Part shown: in pieces, positions 23,067-36,100 of the stretch
Position numbering within the stretch: the stretch's first letter is position 1
Layout: the number at the start of each line of letters is the position of its first letter
Source: Lophium mytilinum
Taxonomy: Eukaryota
Length of the DNA stretch: 64,000 nt
Direction: 5' to 3'
NCBI GenBank assembly: GCA_010093605.1
Contig: MU004194.1
Coordinates: forward strand, 534,323-598,322
Notes under the pieces: generated by a model
The model's database searches: none
What the model saw: only the letters and a program-made list of their open reading frames with translations
What the model was told of the DNA's origin: nothing
Translations under genes and position numbers: made by a program

Positions 23067-24525
23067 ATGGGCCGGGAGAACGCCAGAAGCGTGAAATGGG
23101 TTGAGGTTAGTAACACCTACGTTAGGGCTTTAAATGCATGTCTGATGGTTTCTCTACAGGGCCTACGTGGCATCGCCTCTGTCCTTGTGATAGTAACCCA
23201 TCTGGCGCGAGCCTTCGACTACCTACTATTCTGGCCGAAGGATAATGCGGACACCACACCCCGCCTCCTCCAATATCCCATCATTCGAGTACCGTGGCAG
23301 GGCCGTATTGGTGTTCCCATCTTCGCCTTCCTCACCGGCTTCGTGTGTGCCCTCAAACCGCTGAAGCTATCCCAGGCCGGCAACCTCCACGCCGCCTATG
23401 AAGCCATTGCCAAGAGTGCCTTTCGCCGACCACCACGACTGATACTGCCGGCTACCATTGCCCTGCTCATCTCATGGGTCTTCACTGTGTTCGGAGGCTA
23501 CCGGGCGTCCTCTCGGTGCGACTCGTACTGGGTCCGCTTCGACAGCCCCATCCAGGAGGAGACACTCTGGCTCGAAGTCGTGCGGCTATTCAACACGATC
23601 CGAAGTACGTGGACGACAAACGAAAACATATACGACCGCCACCAATGGGCCATGCTGCGGCTGCTGGTCGGCGCTTTCCAGGTCTACATCACACTGGCCG
23701 CGACCATGGCCATGAGGCTACGATACCGCATCGCCGTCTACATGGGCATGATGCTGTACTGGTGGCAAGACGCCGCGCAAATGAGTGGTATCTACCTCGC
23801 CCTCCCCCCCTCAATCTCCACCCCGCGCTAACCCCTCCTCCCCAGAAACCTTCGGCGTGCAACTCTACTTCGGCATGCTCATCTCAGACCTCTCCCAGCA
23901 ATCCTCCATCCAAACCTTCATCTCCTCGCACCGCCGCGCGCTCAACTACCTCGCCGCCCCCACCCTCATCACCTGCGGCCTCTACTTCGCCTCCTACCCC
24001 CAAGAGCACCAGGAGTGGGAGCCGTGGTCCGCGTACCTGCAGTCACTAGTCCCCTACTTCATCCCCGAGGCGCTGCACCCGGGCGAGCACGGCCGCCGCT
24101 TCACCGCCATCGGCACGGACCTGTGCATCGTCGGCGTGTTCCTGTCGCCCGCGGCGCGCCTCGCGCTCGAGCAGCCCTGGCTCATGTGGCTGGGGCGCCA
24201 CTCGTTCGCCGTGTACCTGATCCACGGCACGATCCTAAGGACCGTCGGGATTTGGATCGTGTATGGCATCTCCGGCGAGCCATGGCACCAGGCGGCGGAG
24301 GGGGAGAAGCAGCATTGGCTGCATAGGCAGGGGGGCGCGCCGGCGGTGTGGGTCAGTATGGTTACGTTTGTGACGCTGACGTATGCCGGGGCGTGGCTGT
24401 GGATGCGGTATGTGGACGAGGCGTGTGCGCGGGCGACGCAGTGGCTGGAGGCGAAGGTGTTTGCGAGTGAGGATGAGGGGGAGTTGGAGAAGGCGAGGGA
24501 GCAGAGGGGGCCGCTGCTTGTCTAA
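23067..24525 (+). CDS. Acyltransferase-3 family membrane O-acyltransferase
   Basis: WVEGLRGIASVLVIVTH, GVPIFAFLTGFV, FRRPPRL and WLGRHSFAVYLIHG motifs. Introns 23106-23159 and 23788-23845. Confidence 0.9.
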
Positions 24526-24910
24526 GGCAAGATAGGGTATTTGCGATCAGCATTGACTTGGAAGTTGAAGATCCTTCTAAGCGAATATTCATTTTCAAGC
24601 ATAATGAAAGCGTTGGTTTTCACATGCACACTGGTCATTGAGCTTTGAGGTTTGCTTGAAAGGTTCCCATTTAATATATACAGGTTGAATGAGAAGCCAG
24701 CCTTCGAGATCCGAGCTGGTCTTTGGAGAAAAGGAAATTGGAGTATTCGTCTCGGGGGTTTTCTCGTAATCTCATCGCTTCATGGCCATGGCCATCTCAT
24801 CTCCGTTTCCAGCATCCGGCCCAAGGAAACTAATGGTACAGTTCCTTTCCATTCTCAACGTCCACCCATCAACGCCGTCTCACTTTTCTCTATACCCGAC
24901 CTGGAATCGC

Positions 24911-26031
24911 CTATTTCGAGGTGTCCAAGACGTAGCGACCAGCAATAGCACCAGCACGCATCTTCTCGTAGACCATGGGTAGTTCGGAGAGACCGACAAC
25001 CTTGAAGGGGGCCTTGATGAGGCCGCGGCGGTAGAACTCCAGCGCCTCGGCGGTGTCCTTGCGGTTGCCGACGTACGAGCCCTTGATGGTGACCATCTTG
25101 ATGACGGACTCGAAGACGGGCGCGCGCAGGTAGGCGCCGGCGGGGAGACCGATGCAGATGACGGTACCGCGGGGGCGGACGTACTCAGCGGCCTGCTGGA
25201 AGGGCTTCTCGTTGACGGCAACGAGGAGGACGGCGTGGGGGCCTAGGCCGTCGGCCGTCGCGGCCTGGACGTCCTTGACAAGGTTGGTCGACTTTGCGAA
25301 GTCGATGAAGGTCTCGGCGCCGAGCTCGCCCGTCACCATCTTCTTCTTGTCCTCACCGGTGTCAATGCCGATGACCTGAAGGCCCATGGCCTTCGCATAC
25401 TGACAGGCAAGGGATCCGAGTCCACCGCCGGCGCCGACAATGGCAACGGTCTCGCCAGGGCGGGCGCCTGACTCCTTGAGGCCCTTGTAGACGGTGATAC
25501 CGGCGCAGAGGACGGGTGCAATGGCGTCGAGGGGAATGGATTTGTCGATGCGGGCAACGTGGGCGGCCTTTGCAATGGCGTATTGCTGGAAGGAGCCGTC
25601 GACGGTGTAGCCGGAGAGGAGGGCGTGTGCGCACAGGGGCTCATCGGACTGTTGGCAGAAGGAGCAGGCCAAGCAGGATCCGTTGATCCATTTCACACCG
25701 ACGTGGTCGCCAATCTGGTCCGATTGTCAGTATGGTGGTTCTACGCGGGGGTTGAATTGAGTTGGAAACGTACCTCGATGTCCTGGGCAAGGTCGCCCTT
25801 CGCAACAACGACACCGGCACCTTCATGGCCACCGACGAGGGGCAGCTTGGTGGCCAGGGGCCAGTCGCCGTTCAAGGCGTGGAGATCGGTGTGGCAGACA
25901 CCGGAGAACTTGATGTTGACCAGGACTTCATCTGAGGCGGGCTTCGCGACGGGGATCTTCTTGTACTCGAGGGGGCCGCCGTTCTTCTCAAAGACCTGAG
26001 CATACTGCTCCGTTGGGATTGAAGGCGCCAT
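24911..26031 (-). CDS. ADH1: Zinc-dependent alcohol dehydrogenase
   Basis: [18 protein letters not shown], structural Zn cysteines and GAGGGLG. Intron 25715-25773. Strong codon bias. Confidence 0.96.
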
Positions 26032-26786
26032 TGTGATGTGCTTGGTGGGTTGGTGGGGAGTCTGAGTAGGAAGCTTTGGTGTTTGTGTGAGGGAAGTACA
26101 AAGGACTGATGAGAGAAAGTATCACCACGGGCGGGCAGCAGGTCTTATATACTGGTCACTCGGATCACCAGAGCAGCTCTCGAATCGCCAACCCCACTTC
26201 GAGCGCGTCGTGTCCCAGGGTCGCGATGATAGCGGAGGACAAGCTTGGCTGGAGCTATGGGCTCGTCGAGCTTCCCACCACTGCACCACACTGCCGCATC
26301 GGGCTGGCGGCCGGTGTTCCGGAAGGCTTTCAATGGGCAGGCGGCAGCTTGATTGGCGCCTCGCAGTACAGCTCCATCTGCAATTGGCCGCAGAGGTCTA
26401 CACGGAGCATCGGATGACAGTCTCACGACGCCTCCACGCCTTCTCGGCCGGCTGGCGACGAGCTTTGCTTGCTCGGACGCGGCCACGGTGTGACGGCTAG
26501 CAATCTCAAAGCGATTTTTTTTGCTCTGTGCTGAGGTGGGCTGACTTGGCGGACGCGCTCCGTGGGACACACATGTTGCAGTAGGAATGGCGGTGCATGA
26601 GCATGACGTTCTCGAACAAAACATATCCTTGCTAGCCACACTTTCTACCGAACCTCACCTGATGATTTACCCCTCCACCCCTCCATCCCACGGCCACGCT
26701 GGTAGGGCTGGTGGCGACACCGCAACCGCAATCAGTCTCTCAATCAATCGTCAACACCCATAATCGTGATCTCGCGTTGTGCACAA

Positions 26787-27562
26787 TCAATAAGCAAATC
26801 CATCTAATTCCTCTCGCCACCGCCGTGCCCCTGACTGAAGGCCTGCCCGCCCAACAAAGGAAACCCATCCGCCCTGAGCCTCACCCCCTGCCCTCCCCCC
26901 TCCCTCTTCCAAAGCCAAAAAGCTTAAAACACCAGCGAAGTCCCACAGCCCGGACTTGAGGATCTCCTCCAACAGCATCTCTGCCACGACCACCCTTCCT
27001 CGGTCGAACGCACGCACCAACCACTCTCGTTCCCCGCAGGCCCCACCACCGCCCCTTTCCCCGCCCCCAGCACCGAGCTACCAACACGCTCCGCGCTCCC
27101 AGAGCCGCAGGACCGCCCATCTGCCGATGCTGGCGCCGAATCAGCGCGCGCGATCCAGCGCCCTCGGAGCCATACGTGGCGCTTCTCTCTTTGTGCGAGA
27201 TCCATGCCGCCGATGAGGCCCCGGCGGGACGGGGTCACGTTGCTTACCTTGGTTCTCCCACGCGTCGGCCTCCGCGGGGTAAGGGTCTGGCGGGGAGTCT
27301 CCACGCCCCATCTAGGTAGGTAGGCGCGCTGCCATTGTCTTTAGAGCCTGTGCATAGTGGTTCCTGCTGCATCATCGGTTGAAAGGGTGAGGGCTAGGTG
27401 CAGAAGTGGATGCAAAAGGAGGGGGAGGGGCGCTGTGGAGGCTGGGGAGATGGATACGTGTTCGCGAGCTATTCTGGCGCTGGGTGCTGGGTAGTTCGCG
27501 GAGAGGGAGGTGAGTATACAGCTCAACCCACTCGCAGCAAGGCCGTACCGCTGCGGAGGCAT
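26787..27562 (-). pseudogene. Possible decayed gene fragment
   Basis: Canonical-looking intron 27130-27247 (GTAAGC..GCTGAT..CAG) and a protein-like tail (EWLVRAFDRGRVVVAEMLLEEILKSGLWDF), but an in-frame TAG at 27078-27080 and no intact frame. Confidence 0.25.
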
Positions 27563-28072
27563 GGTTGCTAGGAATCTGTCTCGAACTATGGTCGAACCAC
27601 GATTGCGGGGGGAAGCCTAGATGCTGGCTTGGAGTTCTGCTCGGCCTTCGGGGTATTGTGAAACTGTATTTCCAGACCACCACAGGTAGGGGTGCCTCGT
27701 GCAGGTGATTCCTTGCACATCTTGCATTGACTCGCTAGTGCTCAGAAAATAGACTCCTTTTCGCCGATGCATGGCCAATAGAAACTTGGAGCTATGCTGG
27801 TCCGAGCTCCATCCGTTCCGGTACCCCTTCTGGAGTCTACGAGCTCAACCCCAGCAGACTTCTCATCTGTCAAACCACAGTCACACCTCTCCACGTTGAA
27901 CTTAAAATCATCGCCAGTCAAGAAAAGAGAAAATCGTGAAGGTTGAAAGAGGAATCGCCAGATAAGAAATTTCTAAAACATCAAGCTCCCATACATGACG
28001 TCCGGATTCTTGAAAACGGTTAATGAGGGTGTCACGCGCTTTGCGACTCAAGCATGGTATCATACATATCCA

Positions 28073-31000
28073 TCAGCGACCGGTTTCGGAACTGCGGTCA
28101 AAAAGCCATCGGTTTATCGCGCTCGGCCACCTCTGATCAATGAGCGCACTCACGCGATTTAGGATGCGATTACCGCCTAGGAGAATCTGGAAACGTTCGA
28201 CTCGCTCGTCCGCTGCCATTAGGATAAAGGCTGGAAGACCGAATACCTGACTCTCGTTTTGATCCGATTCAGAAGTCGAAACGAAAGGCGTGTTTGGAGG
28301 AGGCTTCAGCGTGGCGAGGATGGCTTGGGCTGCATACGCATTCAATCCGCATCGGCGAAGAAATAGCTCCCACTACGCGATTAGACCCAAACATCAGTAG
28401 CGGATCTCGTGTAGGTTCGAGAAAAGCTGCTATCCACTTACTAAGGTCTCCTCTTGTAGCAATTTCATCTCATTAGGCCGATCTGGAATCATCGAGATTC
28501 CCCAGCGCTGCATAGCCCACACAATCCATCTTGCAAGAGATTCTTTTCCACCGGACAAATACTTGATGGACACTGCCGCCTCCATGGACGAGCATAGCCC
28601 TTCCAATTCTGACAATGCTGTGGTGTCATATTCGTCGACTGGATTCTCGAGTCCATCTTTCTCGCGTTCTGCACTGAGGCCCTCGCTGACGAACACGACC
28701 AGTTGCTCGTACCTTTCCGATAGGTCATACATTCTAGCCCTGACTGAAGAGTGATCGGGCTGCCCTGGGAGAGCCCGTTGCTTGATCTGCTGCAAAGTCG
28801 TCAACACCAGCCCGGTAGAAGCCGAAAGAATAAAGTCTGCTTCGTTCGCGGGTGAATGAGGCACTCCGAAGTCTCGTTCGATCAAGTCCACTTCAGCATA
28901 GAGTTTCTGTATCGTCCTAGTCAAGTGTCGTTGCGCCAGAATCGCGGCTGAGATGACAAACGAACAGGGCGGTAGGTTATTCGGTATGCGTGGTTCGCGG
29001 GCGTCTTTCCGTGGAAGTTCCGGGACAGCCTTTGGCTTCTCACTAGAGTGCGGGACTTCTGGGGTTACATCCTTTGATCTTAACGGTACGAACGCATTTT
29101 CAGGGTCAGTCTCTGTCGGCTTAGACTTCTTAGGTGCTTTGCCACGCACGTCCATGAACTTGTCCAGCGCTGTAGATGCTGAGAATATGCCACCGAACAT
29201 GAGACCACCGTCCGGCTCTTGGACTTTTCTCGTGCTAGAGACCGCTTCCTGTCTGGAACCGGGGGCTGCGCGTTTGGCGTTTGAAAGGCTAAGCTCGGTG
29301 GCACGTGCATCGTTTCTTGTCAGATCAGAGTTGATCTCAAGGTCCTCCAGCAATTCGAGTCTCCGTTTCCGTAGCAGAGTCTCCATGTCCTTTTCCGCGT
29401 GGAAGTCTCCTACTTCGAGTTCTTCATCGCTTTCCTCTGTGCAATCAAGAATTCTCAGCCCGTCGGGCTTCCACGTAAGTGCTTCGATGTCCACAAGCTG
29501 CCCTCCACTAAAACCATGGAGCATCTGAGCCAAGAAAGGATCTTCATCAATTTCTTCATCTAGAGCAACAGTGCCTAGCTGTGTCGGAAAAGGACTCCAT
29601 GGAAGTTCGTTCTCGAGTTTCCGGACGCCATGCCACGATGAGAAGTTCCGGAAATTATCGCGTTGAACGATTCTGAGTAGATTCATCTGAGAAGCTAGAT
29701 CTGTCTCGTTACTCGTATGATTGCTCTTTGCCTTGGGCTGAAACTCTAGCCACGGTGGGCAAGGCAATGAGAAGTCGAGTTGTGGTACATTCATTCTTCT
29801 GGTAGTATCGACCTCCTGAAGTTGCTCGTTTTCGAGCCGTTGATTAGCTGCCACTGCGTGTGGATTGATCACTTCATCAAAGAAGCTTTCAAAATCGTCC
29901 CCAGAGCTGATCAAGTCGTTATCAGACTTGGTTGTTAGCGGCAGCTTTAAAATTGGAAGAAAATCTTTAGCAACTTCTGAGAAAGAATCCGACTTGACTC
30001 TTTTGCTTGAAGACTCTAGTGTCATGGGCGGAGTTAGTGGGCCTTCGATCTTCAGATCAGCAGCTTTCCGCTTCCGAGGCACCGAAGATGGGACTTCTGA
30101 TATATCACGGAGCGGACTGTAGATTTGACCAATATGAACGTCATCAGGATTCAATGATTCGCTGCCGTCAGAACCGGTACACATCGCAGGAGTGAGGATT
30201 GAATCCAGTTTCATGAGATGGTCGTCAAGCGCTTGACCTTCTGCGGCTGTAGAGTTAGTGAGCTCAGAGAGTGGCTCCATGTGACCAGCTGGAGAGTCGA
30301 AAACAAACTCGTCAAATGGAGGCGTAAGAGGAAGCAACGGCGGAGTCATTGGCTCGAGGGCTGGGTTCTAAATTTCTTAGTAGTAATGCGCATGTACGAT
30401 GGATTCTACTTACTCGTCTATACTGATCTGCCGCGGCTTTCATGGCATCTAGATCTCTGGGGGTGTAGGAGTCTTTCATGGCCGACTGTAGAAAGAGGAC
30501 GTCCTCTTTCGATACCTGCAGTTTTTCTTTTTCTGCCTCCAGGTGCTTGGAAAATGGGAGAGAACGATACCTCGCAGGCCAGGTGAGTCCTTCATCATTG
30601 TCCTCATCGATTCGCTCGAGAGGCAGTTTGAGCGTTCCAAAATCTGGCACTGCGACACTCCCGAAATTGCGCAGGTCAGCTTCATTATCAGATCGCAACA
30701 ATGGCAGCTCTTGCTTGAGATGCGCCACTCTTCGCCGGTCCTCAACGGTTGTAACCTGGTACTCCGGCAGTTCCGGTTGGGTGCATGTTAGCTTCAAGAG
30801 TATTGCTACGTCTTTGCTCAAGGTTAGTCGTTCTTTGAAGATGAAGTCCGAAGCCAAGTCCGCTAGTGAGATGCCGATGGGATCTTGGAGATCCGATTCA
30901 ATCTCATGATCTGACACAGGCGTGGCATGGCCGGCGAGCGTTAGTTCCGTAGCGTAAGGTATGGTCAGCTCAGATTGGCGTGCGTATTCCAGGGCGCTCA

Positions 31001-31124
31001 AGTCTTCGTACTGATCACCGGTGTCCTCATGGTCCGCATTGTCTAGCGATCCTGCGGAGGAAGGTGTGACGTTGTCATGGTCACTTACTTGGCACGCCAA
31101 CGAGGATCCTTGGGGCTCCGACAT
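28073..31124 (-). CDS. Large protein with C-terminal XPF-like and HhH region; probable Zip2/SHOC1-type meiotic crossover factor
   Basis: Exons 31124-30414, 30367-28442, 28372-28073 join in frame. C-terminus reads LIERDF..EADFILSASTGLVL..EETLWELFLRRCGLNAYAAQAIL..LPAFILMAADERVERF. Gene model is solid; the family call is inferred. Confidence 0.65.
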
Positions 31125-31603
31125 ACCTACGTCATGCCGTGATGATTCTCATTAGCTGGGCGAGGTTATAATCGCGTTCGATGATGTTCGGGAAGAGATG
31201 GAAGTCGATGCGAAGTTCCGTTGACGTTCGGGATCTGCAATCACGTGCTTTGCACTATGCCGTTCTGGATTAGCGCATCGTTAAATATTGCCAAATACTC
31301 TGCAGGCACACCAGTATCACGAGAAGACAAAGAGTTCAATCAGTGTTATCCATATTTTGGTGCCATGCCTTAAGATACATGCAATGAGGGTTGGGGTCCA
31401 GTGAAACAGACCCGCATAGACACGCTCGCTAATTCGCATGCCATGATAATTTCCACAAAAACGCCAGACTGTCTCATCGGTAATGGAAAGAGATCAACCT
31501 CTTCTCGCACCGAGGGCTGATCAGTCAACGCCAGAGCCTTTTGTATGGTAGTAAGCCATGGAAAGAAAGTAGGGCCGTGTTGGAAGCCGGATCAAACTCG
31601 TCT

Positions 31604-32944
31604 CTAGTCATTGTAGTTGACAATGCCCGAGCCGTCCTTGTTGACCTTGGGAAGACCATAGCGTTCAGCAAGGTCGTCCTCCTGGGATTTCCCGGCGGGA
31701 TCAAAGACTGGACGTTCGCCCTGGCAGCAAACTCGCACGGCGTGGCGACGATGGGGCGCAAAGCCGTAAGATGCAGAGTGATTCTAGGGCACTGTTAGCC
31801 GTTTCCAAACCAAGTGTCGAGGAGTCAAAACGTACGCAGACACGGTTGTCCCAGAAAGCGACGTCGTTCTTGTTCCACTGGAAGCGGACGTGCAGCTCCT
31901 GGGTTGTGGCGACGATCTCGTTGAGATATCCCAGGATGGCATCGCTCTCAGTCTTGGGGATCCCGACAATCTTAGTGACGAAGCCAGGATTGAAGAAGAG
32001 CGCCTTCCAGCCCGTTACGGGATGGGTGCGGACGATGGGGTGCTCAGTGATGACAGGCTCGCGGCGGACAGGACGGCCCAGATCACGTGATCCTTGGGCT
32101 TGCATCTCAGCGGAATGCAGAGCGGTGAGGCCCTCGAGGTACTTTTGCATGTGCGGAGAGAGGGCATCGTATGCTGCATACTGAGAGGACCAGAGGGTGT
32201 CGCCTCCTCCGCCGCGTGGAGGGCCAGTGACGACCTTCAGGGACGTGTAGGAAGGAGGTTGAATCTCATAGGTCACTAGAATCATTAGCTTTTAAAGCGA
32301 TCATGCTGCATGATGTTGCGCTTACCCTAGGTTTGTCAGTATTGCTTCGTGGTGGGGAGAGAGCAGAGGCCACTTACATCAGAGTGCCACAAGAAGGATG
32401 GAGCAAACATGGCCCGCATGTCGGTCGAGTTCTCACCGGTGTATACAACATGAACATCCTCCAGGCCAGGACGCTGGGGCACACAGGTGGTTGCGTGCTT
32501 GTGCAATGTGCCAAAGTAAGCTCCAAGCTCGCGCTGAGCATCGATGGTTAGGTTCTTTTGGTCTCGGAAGAAGACGACGCCACGAGTGGCAATTAGGCGT
32601 GCGAGGTCATCCTTCTGGGCATCCGTGAGGTTGGCCAAGTCGACGCCGTGGACCTCTGTGCCAATCTTAGGGTTGTAGTCGAAGACATCTGTGGCGGCGC
32701 TAAGGAGGTTTCGGAACTCTGGGTCGCCGTTGAGGCCCTTATCATGGTACGGGACCTCGGTCAAGGCCGGCCACTTGACTTCGGGGAAGCGTGGGCGAAG
32801 ATCCTCGAACTCGTAGTTTTCGTGTGACTCGACGACATTGCGGCCTGGTGTGTAGTTGATTGTAGGCTTGTTCTTGAGAGGAGCCTTGACGTCCGAGTTC
32901 TTGAAGGCGTCATACTGAACGGATTCCACAAGGCCAGGTGCCAT
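31604..32944 (-). CDS. TauD/TfdA alpha-ketoglutarate-dependent (sulfonate) dioxygenase
   Basis: Exons 32944-32378, 32326 (1 nt), 32275-31836, 31783-31604 give IGTEVHGVDL, RGVVFFRDQ, WHSDVTYEIQPP, GGDTLWSS, HPIVRTHPVTG and WDNRVCNHSA. Confidence 0.95.
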
Positions 32945-33142
32945 TTTGATGGATTGAGTAGTGGGTGTGTGGGGAGTGGGTTCAAGAAGGGATTAGATGA
33001 GGGAATGGTTGATGAGAGATGATGAAGGACAATGGGCACTTGTTCAGACAAATGGCTCAATGCAGTGGTGGTTTGGAAGAAAAAGAAGAGAGACGGAATG
33101 GAGCTTTCTTATATTTCAAAATGACTGGAAGCGGCCGGCCAG

Positions 33143-33152
33143 ATGGCGCCAC
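33143..33152. promoter_or_regulatory. Possible CYS-3/MetR sulfur-regulation site
   Basis: ATGGCGCCAC differs by one base from the Neurospora CYS-3 consensus ATGRYRYCAT. It lies about 200 bp upstream of the TauD ATG, near a TATA-like element at about 33110. Confidence 0.3.
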
Positions 33153-36100
33153 AGGCAGACCGCTAGGCCGATGGCCTCGCTGCTATAACGCAATACCGTG
33201 GACGAGCACACCATTGCGGGACAAAGCGCTGTCGCTGGTCCCCGCAAAACCGCTAGGCACATGGGCCATATCAGAGAGATCCCAGCCGAGCCGCAACGCT
33301 GCAAGCATCAGATCAAGCACACGTCAATTCTCCGGGGTCTTGACGCACTGCACAGGCACCAAACTGGGAGCATTCGCCAGCCATGTCGTGCTCGCGCGCA
33401 CAGGGCACTGCGGCTCAGACTGCGATGGTGCAATCCAGCACACTGGCGAATGATTACCGGACGGAGGGCGGGAGCGGTGCAGCGCAGCAGTAAAACTAGT
33501 CACTTGCCATCTGCTCTAGGAGTTTCGCCGTCAGATAGGCCCAATTATTACGCAGCAGGCCGTATAGCACGCCGGTGGGTGCGAAGGGAGGCAATTTGGG
33601 ACGTGAGGTTGGATTTCACATCCATAAGCGCGCCAAGCCAAGCGACGCCATGCCCGATCGGGGGCCCGAAACGCGGTGAAAGCCAGGCCTCAATCACGCA
33701 ATCGTCGGACTCCATGGCGAACGACGGTGGTTTTGGTCGCCTTGTCAGAACTCACGGCATATGTAATGCCCGTCTCGGTCGTTGTTCCAGCACCCTCTGT
33801 CTGTCAGTCTCCCGGCCTCCCGAGGCCCTCCGCATGGGCTTGCTCACCGCGGCGTCGTCCCTCTCTTCCAAGCTCATCCAAGTTGGGCCGGTCTGCAGCA
33901 ATCCCGCCCCCTCACAGCAGTTACACGGCGCTGTGGCGCCTATCCCCGAGCTTGCAAAGTTGCCAGGAGCGGAGCATCTGGGCCGGAACAGATGCAATCC
34001 CTCAGCCAGCTCGCTCCGCGCTCAACTCTCTCGCATGTCTAGCGTACGTGCGCATGTGGGCCCGGTGGCTGTCTGTTGCTTCTGGTATTCTGCTCTTGCA
34101 TGCTGGCGAAAATTGGTGCTTGCGCCGTCCGGGGTAGCCGAGTGAAGCATGAGGTTTGTCCAAAACGTGCGCTTTTGCCGCACTCCTATTTTCGAAAATC
34201 ATTAGCAATCAAGCAGTGGCCAGTGAGTGTCACGTATTTCTGAAAGATAAGGCCTTGTGGCAGCTCACCTCAGCTGCCTCGTCTTCGCGTTTGATTCCGT
34301 CTCATGCTAGCGTATGTGGGTCCGATACGGAAGTCTGTGGTGTTGCTTCGACGGATGTCGAGATACACAGCGTCACACCTGGACCCTGCGTTATCCGCCT
34401 AGCGTGGCCGTCACCGGCAGCCCGCACCCGCGCCTGCAGAGACGCAGAACCTCCAGCCCTGTCTGGCGACCGGTTCTCTTCCAGCATGCCATGAGCAATT
34501 TCCATCAAGCATGGTAGCCTCGAATCACTGGTTACAGCCACTGGGCGCTGCACTTTAGACGCTGGACTCCAGGCGGTGGACGTTCATATGCTGCATCCGG
34601 CATCGACCACGGGACTTGCGTCACTCCAGCTTGAGCGCGGCGTTGATGGCAAGACGATCTCGACCGCGGCCTGAAGAAGCCGTGTCAGAGCGATCAGCTC
34701 CAAGGACGAAGGAATGAATCAGAGGCTGTTGAGGTGGTGCAGAGCTGCTACTGATTGGGCGACAACTATCATGTCCGATAGCGAGTGTTGTCTGAAGAGC
34801 AACATCTAACGAAGCCCTGGACCTCGCAACTTCATGCGCCAGCCGCAAATCTGCTGCACCGCTTGTAGAACAAGGAAGTTGGTCCCATGAGCATCTGTGA
34901 TGCGGAAAGCGTCAGAAGTAGTGCCGGTCTACAACTTGGCGATCCGGTCGGCGCGTACGACCTCTACCTCCATTTCTTCCAAAACTCACGATGCACATTC
35001 ACGAGTACCTCAAAAGTAGCATGTGTGCTGAAATATGCTATATTCTCTCGCGAGTCAAAATTTGACGACGGTAGGCCCTCCTTCGCAGTAATTGTCTCAT
35101 CTGCTTCTTTTTCTTTGTGTCTGCTCTATCAGCGGTGGTGACCTCTATCTGACCGCCACGCTTCAAATACCCCACATACGCTAGAAGCCAATCTGGTTAT
35201 ATGATCCCACGACGCCTTCCATCGTCTCATCGACTTCAATATTCGTTTATACTTTCGATATTCCTTCGCTCTCTCGCCAACCTTGCTGCCAATACCCACC
35301 ACCTCGGTGCGATTTCGTCGCCACTTGTGATATGCATTATCAATTGTATTCGGAAGTGCTAGTACTTGCATGGACGCTCCTGATGTCAAACTTTGCATAG
35401 CCCTCATGTCAAGATTGCAGACAGGGCGCCCTACGGACATTGTTTCGATGGAGCAATATTGACACATCATGAGGATGACAAGCAATTGCTTGGGCGATTA
35501 CCCCAATGAAAAGCCTATCCAATACTATCTCTTCCATAGAGATGTTCAGCACAAGAGCCATACAACATGGGGCTCAAATTTTCGCAGGGAAATGTGCTCT
35601 AGCCATAGCTTTCTGTTGTAGTCACAAGACCGAAGCTCTAGTTCTGAAGATCATGGGTCTACTACTAGCCTTGAGAAGTTTCCCGAGCATTGTAACCTTG
35701 GAAAGCTGTGCGGCGTGTCCGTACTAGATGTTCGGGATGTAAAGTGTTGTCGCCGCTTTAAAGCCTGGAATACTTGGTCGCGCCTCCGTCTGCAACATCG
35801 CCAGACGTCCAAGTAGCCGTTATCTGCAAGTCGAGGAACTATGCTAGCTCCGTGCTGGTGACAGCACCCATCCTAGTCTTATCCGTGCAGCCAAACTAGA
35901 AGATCGAAACTACCCCTTCCTGCCGAATACGCCAGTCTTGCATCAAGCCGACTGATGTCCTCATTATGACTAATAAGTGGAACTCTCGTCTGCGATAGGT
36001 AGGCTTCTCATTCGACCCATTTGCTCACTGCCACGAGGATCAACTTCCCGTGGATGCAGGCTGCACTCCGGACTCAACCCTGCGTTTCTGATCCTGGTAG

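Noticed and set aside
24860..24913. Cryptic PTS1 by stop readthrough in ADH1
   Set aside because: Stop context is TAG G and the extension (AIPGRV*) is not a PTS1.
32276..32377. Stwintron interpretation of the double intron
   Set aside because: Neither excision recreates a donor, branch site or acceptor. The G between the introns must stay in the mRNA.
33198..34145. 315-aa ORF
   Set aside because: GTG start, R/S/A-rich composition with no motif, overlaps the TauD promoter. Likely a chance ORF in GC-rich DNA.
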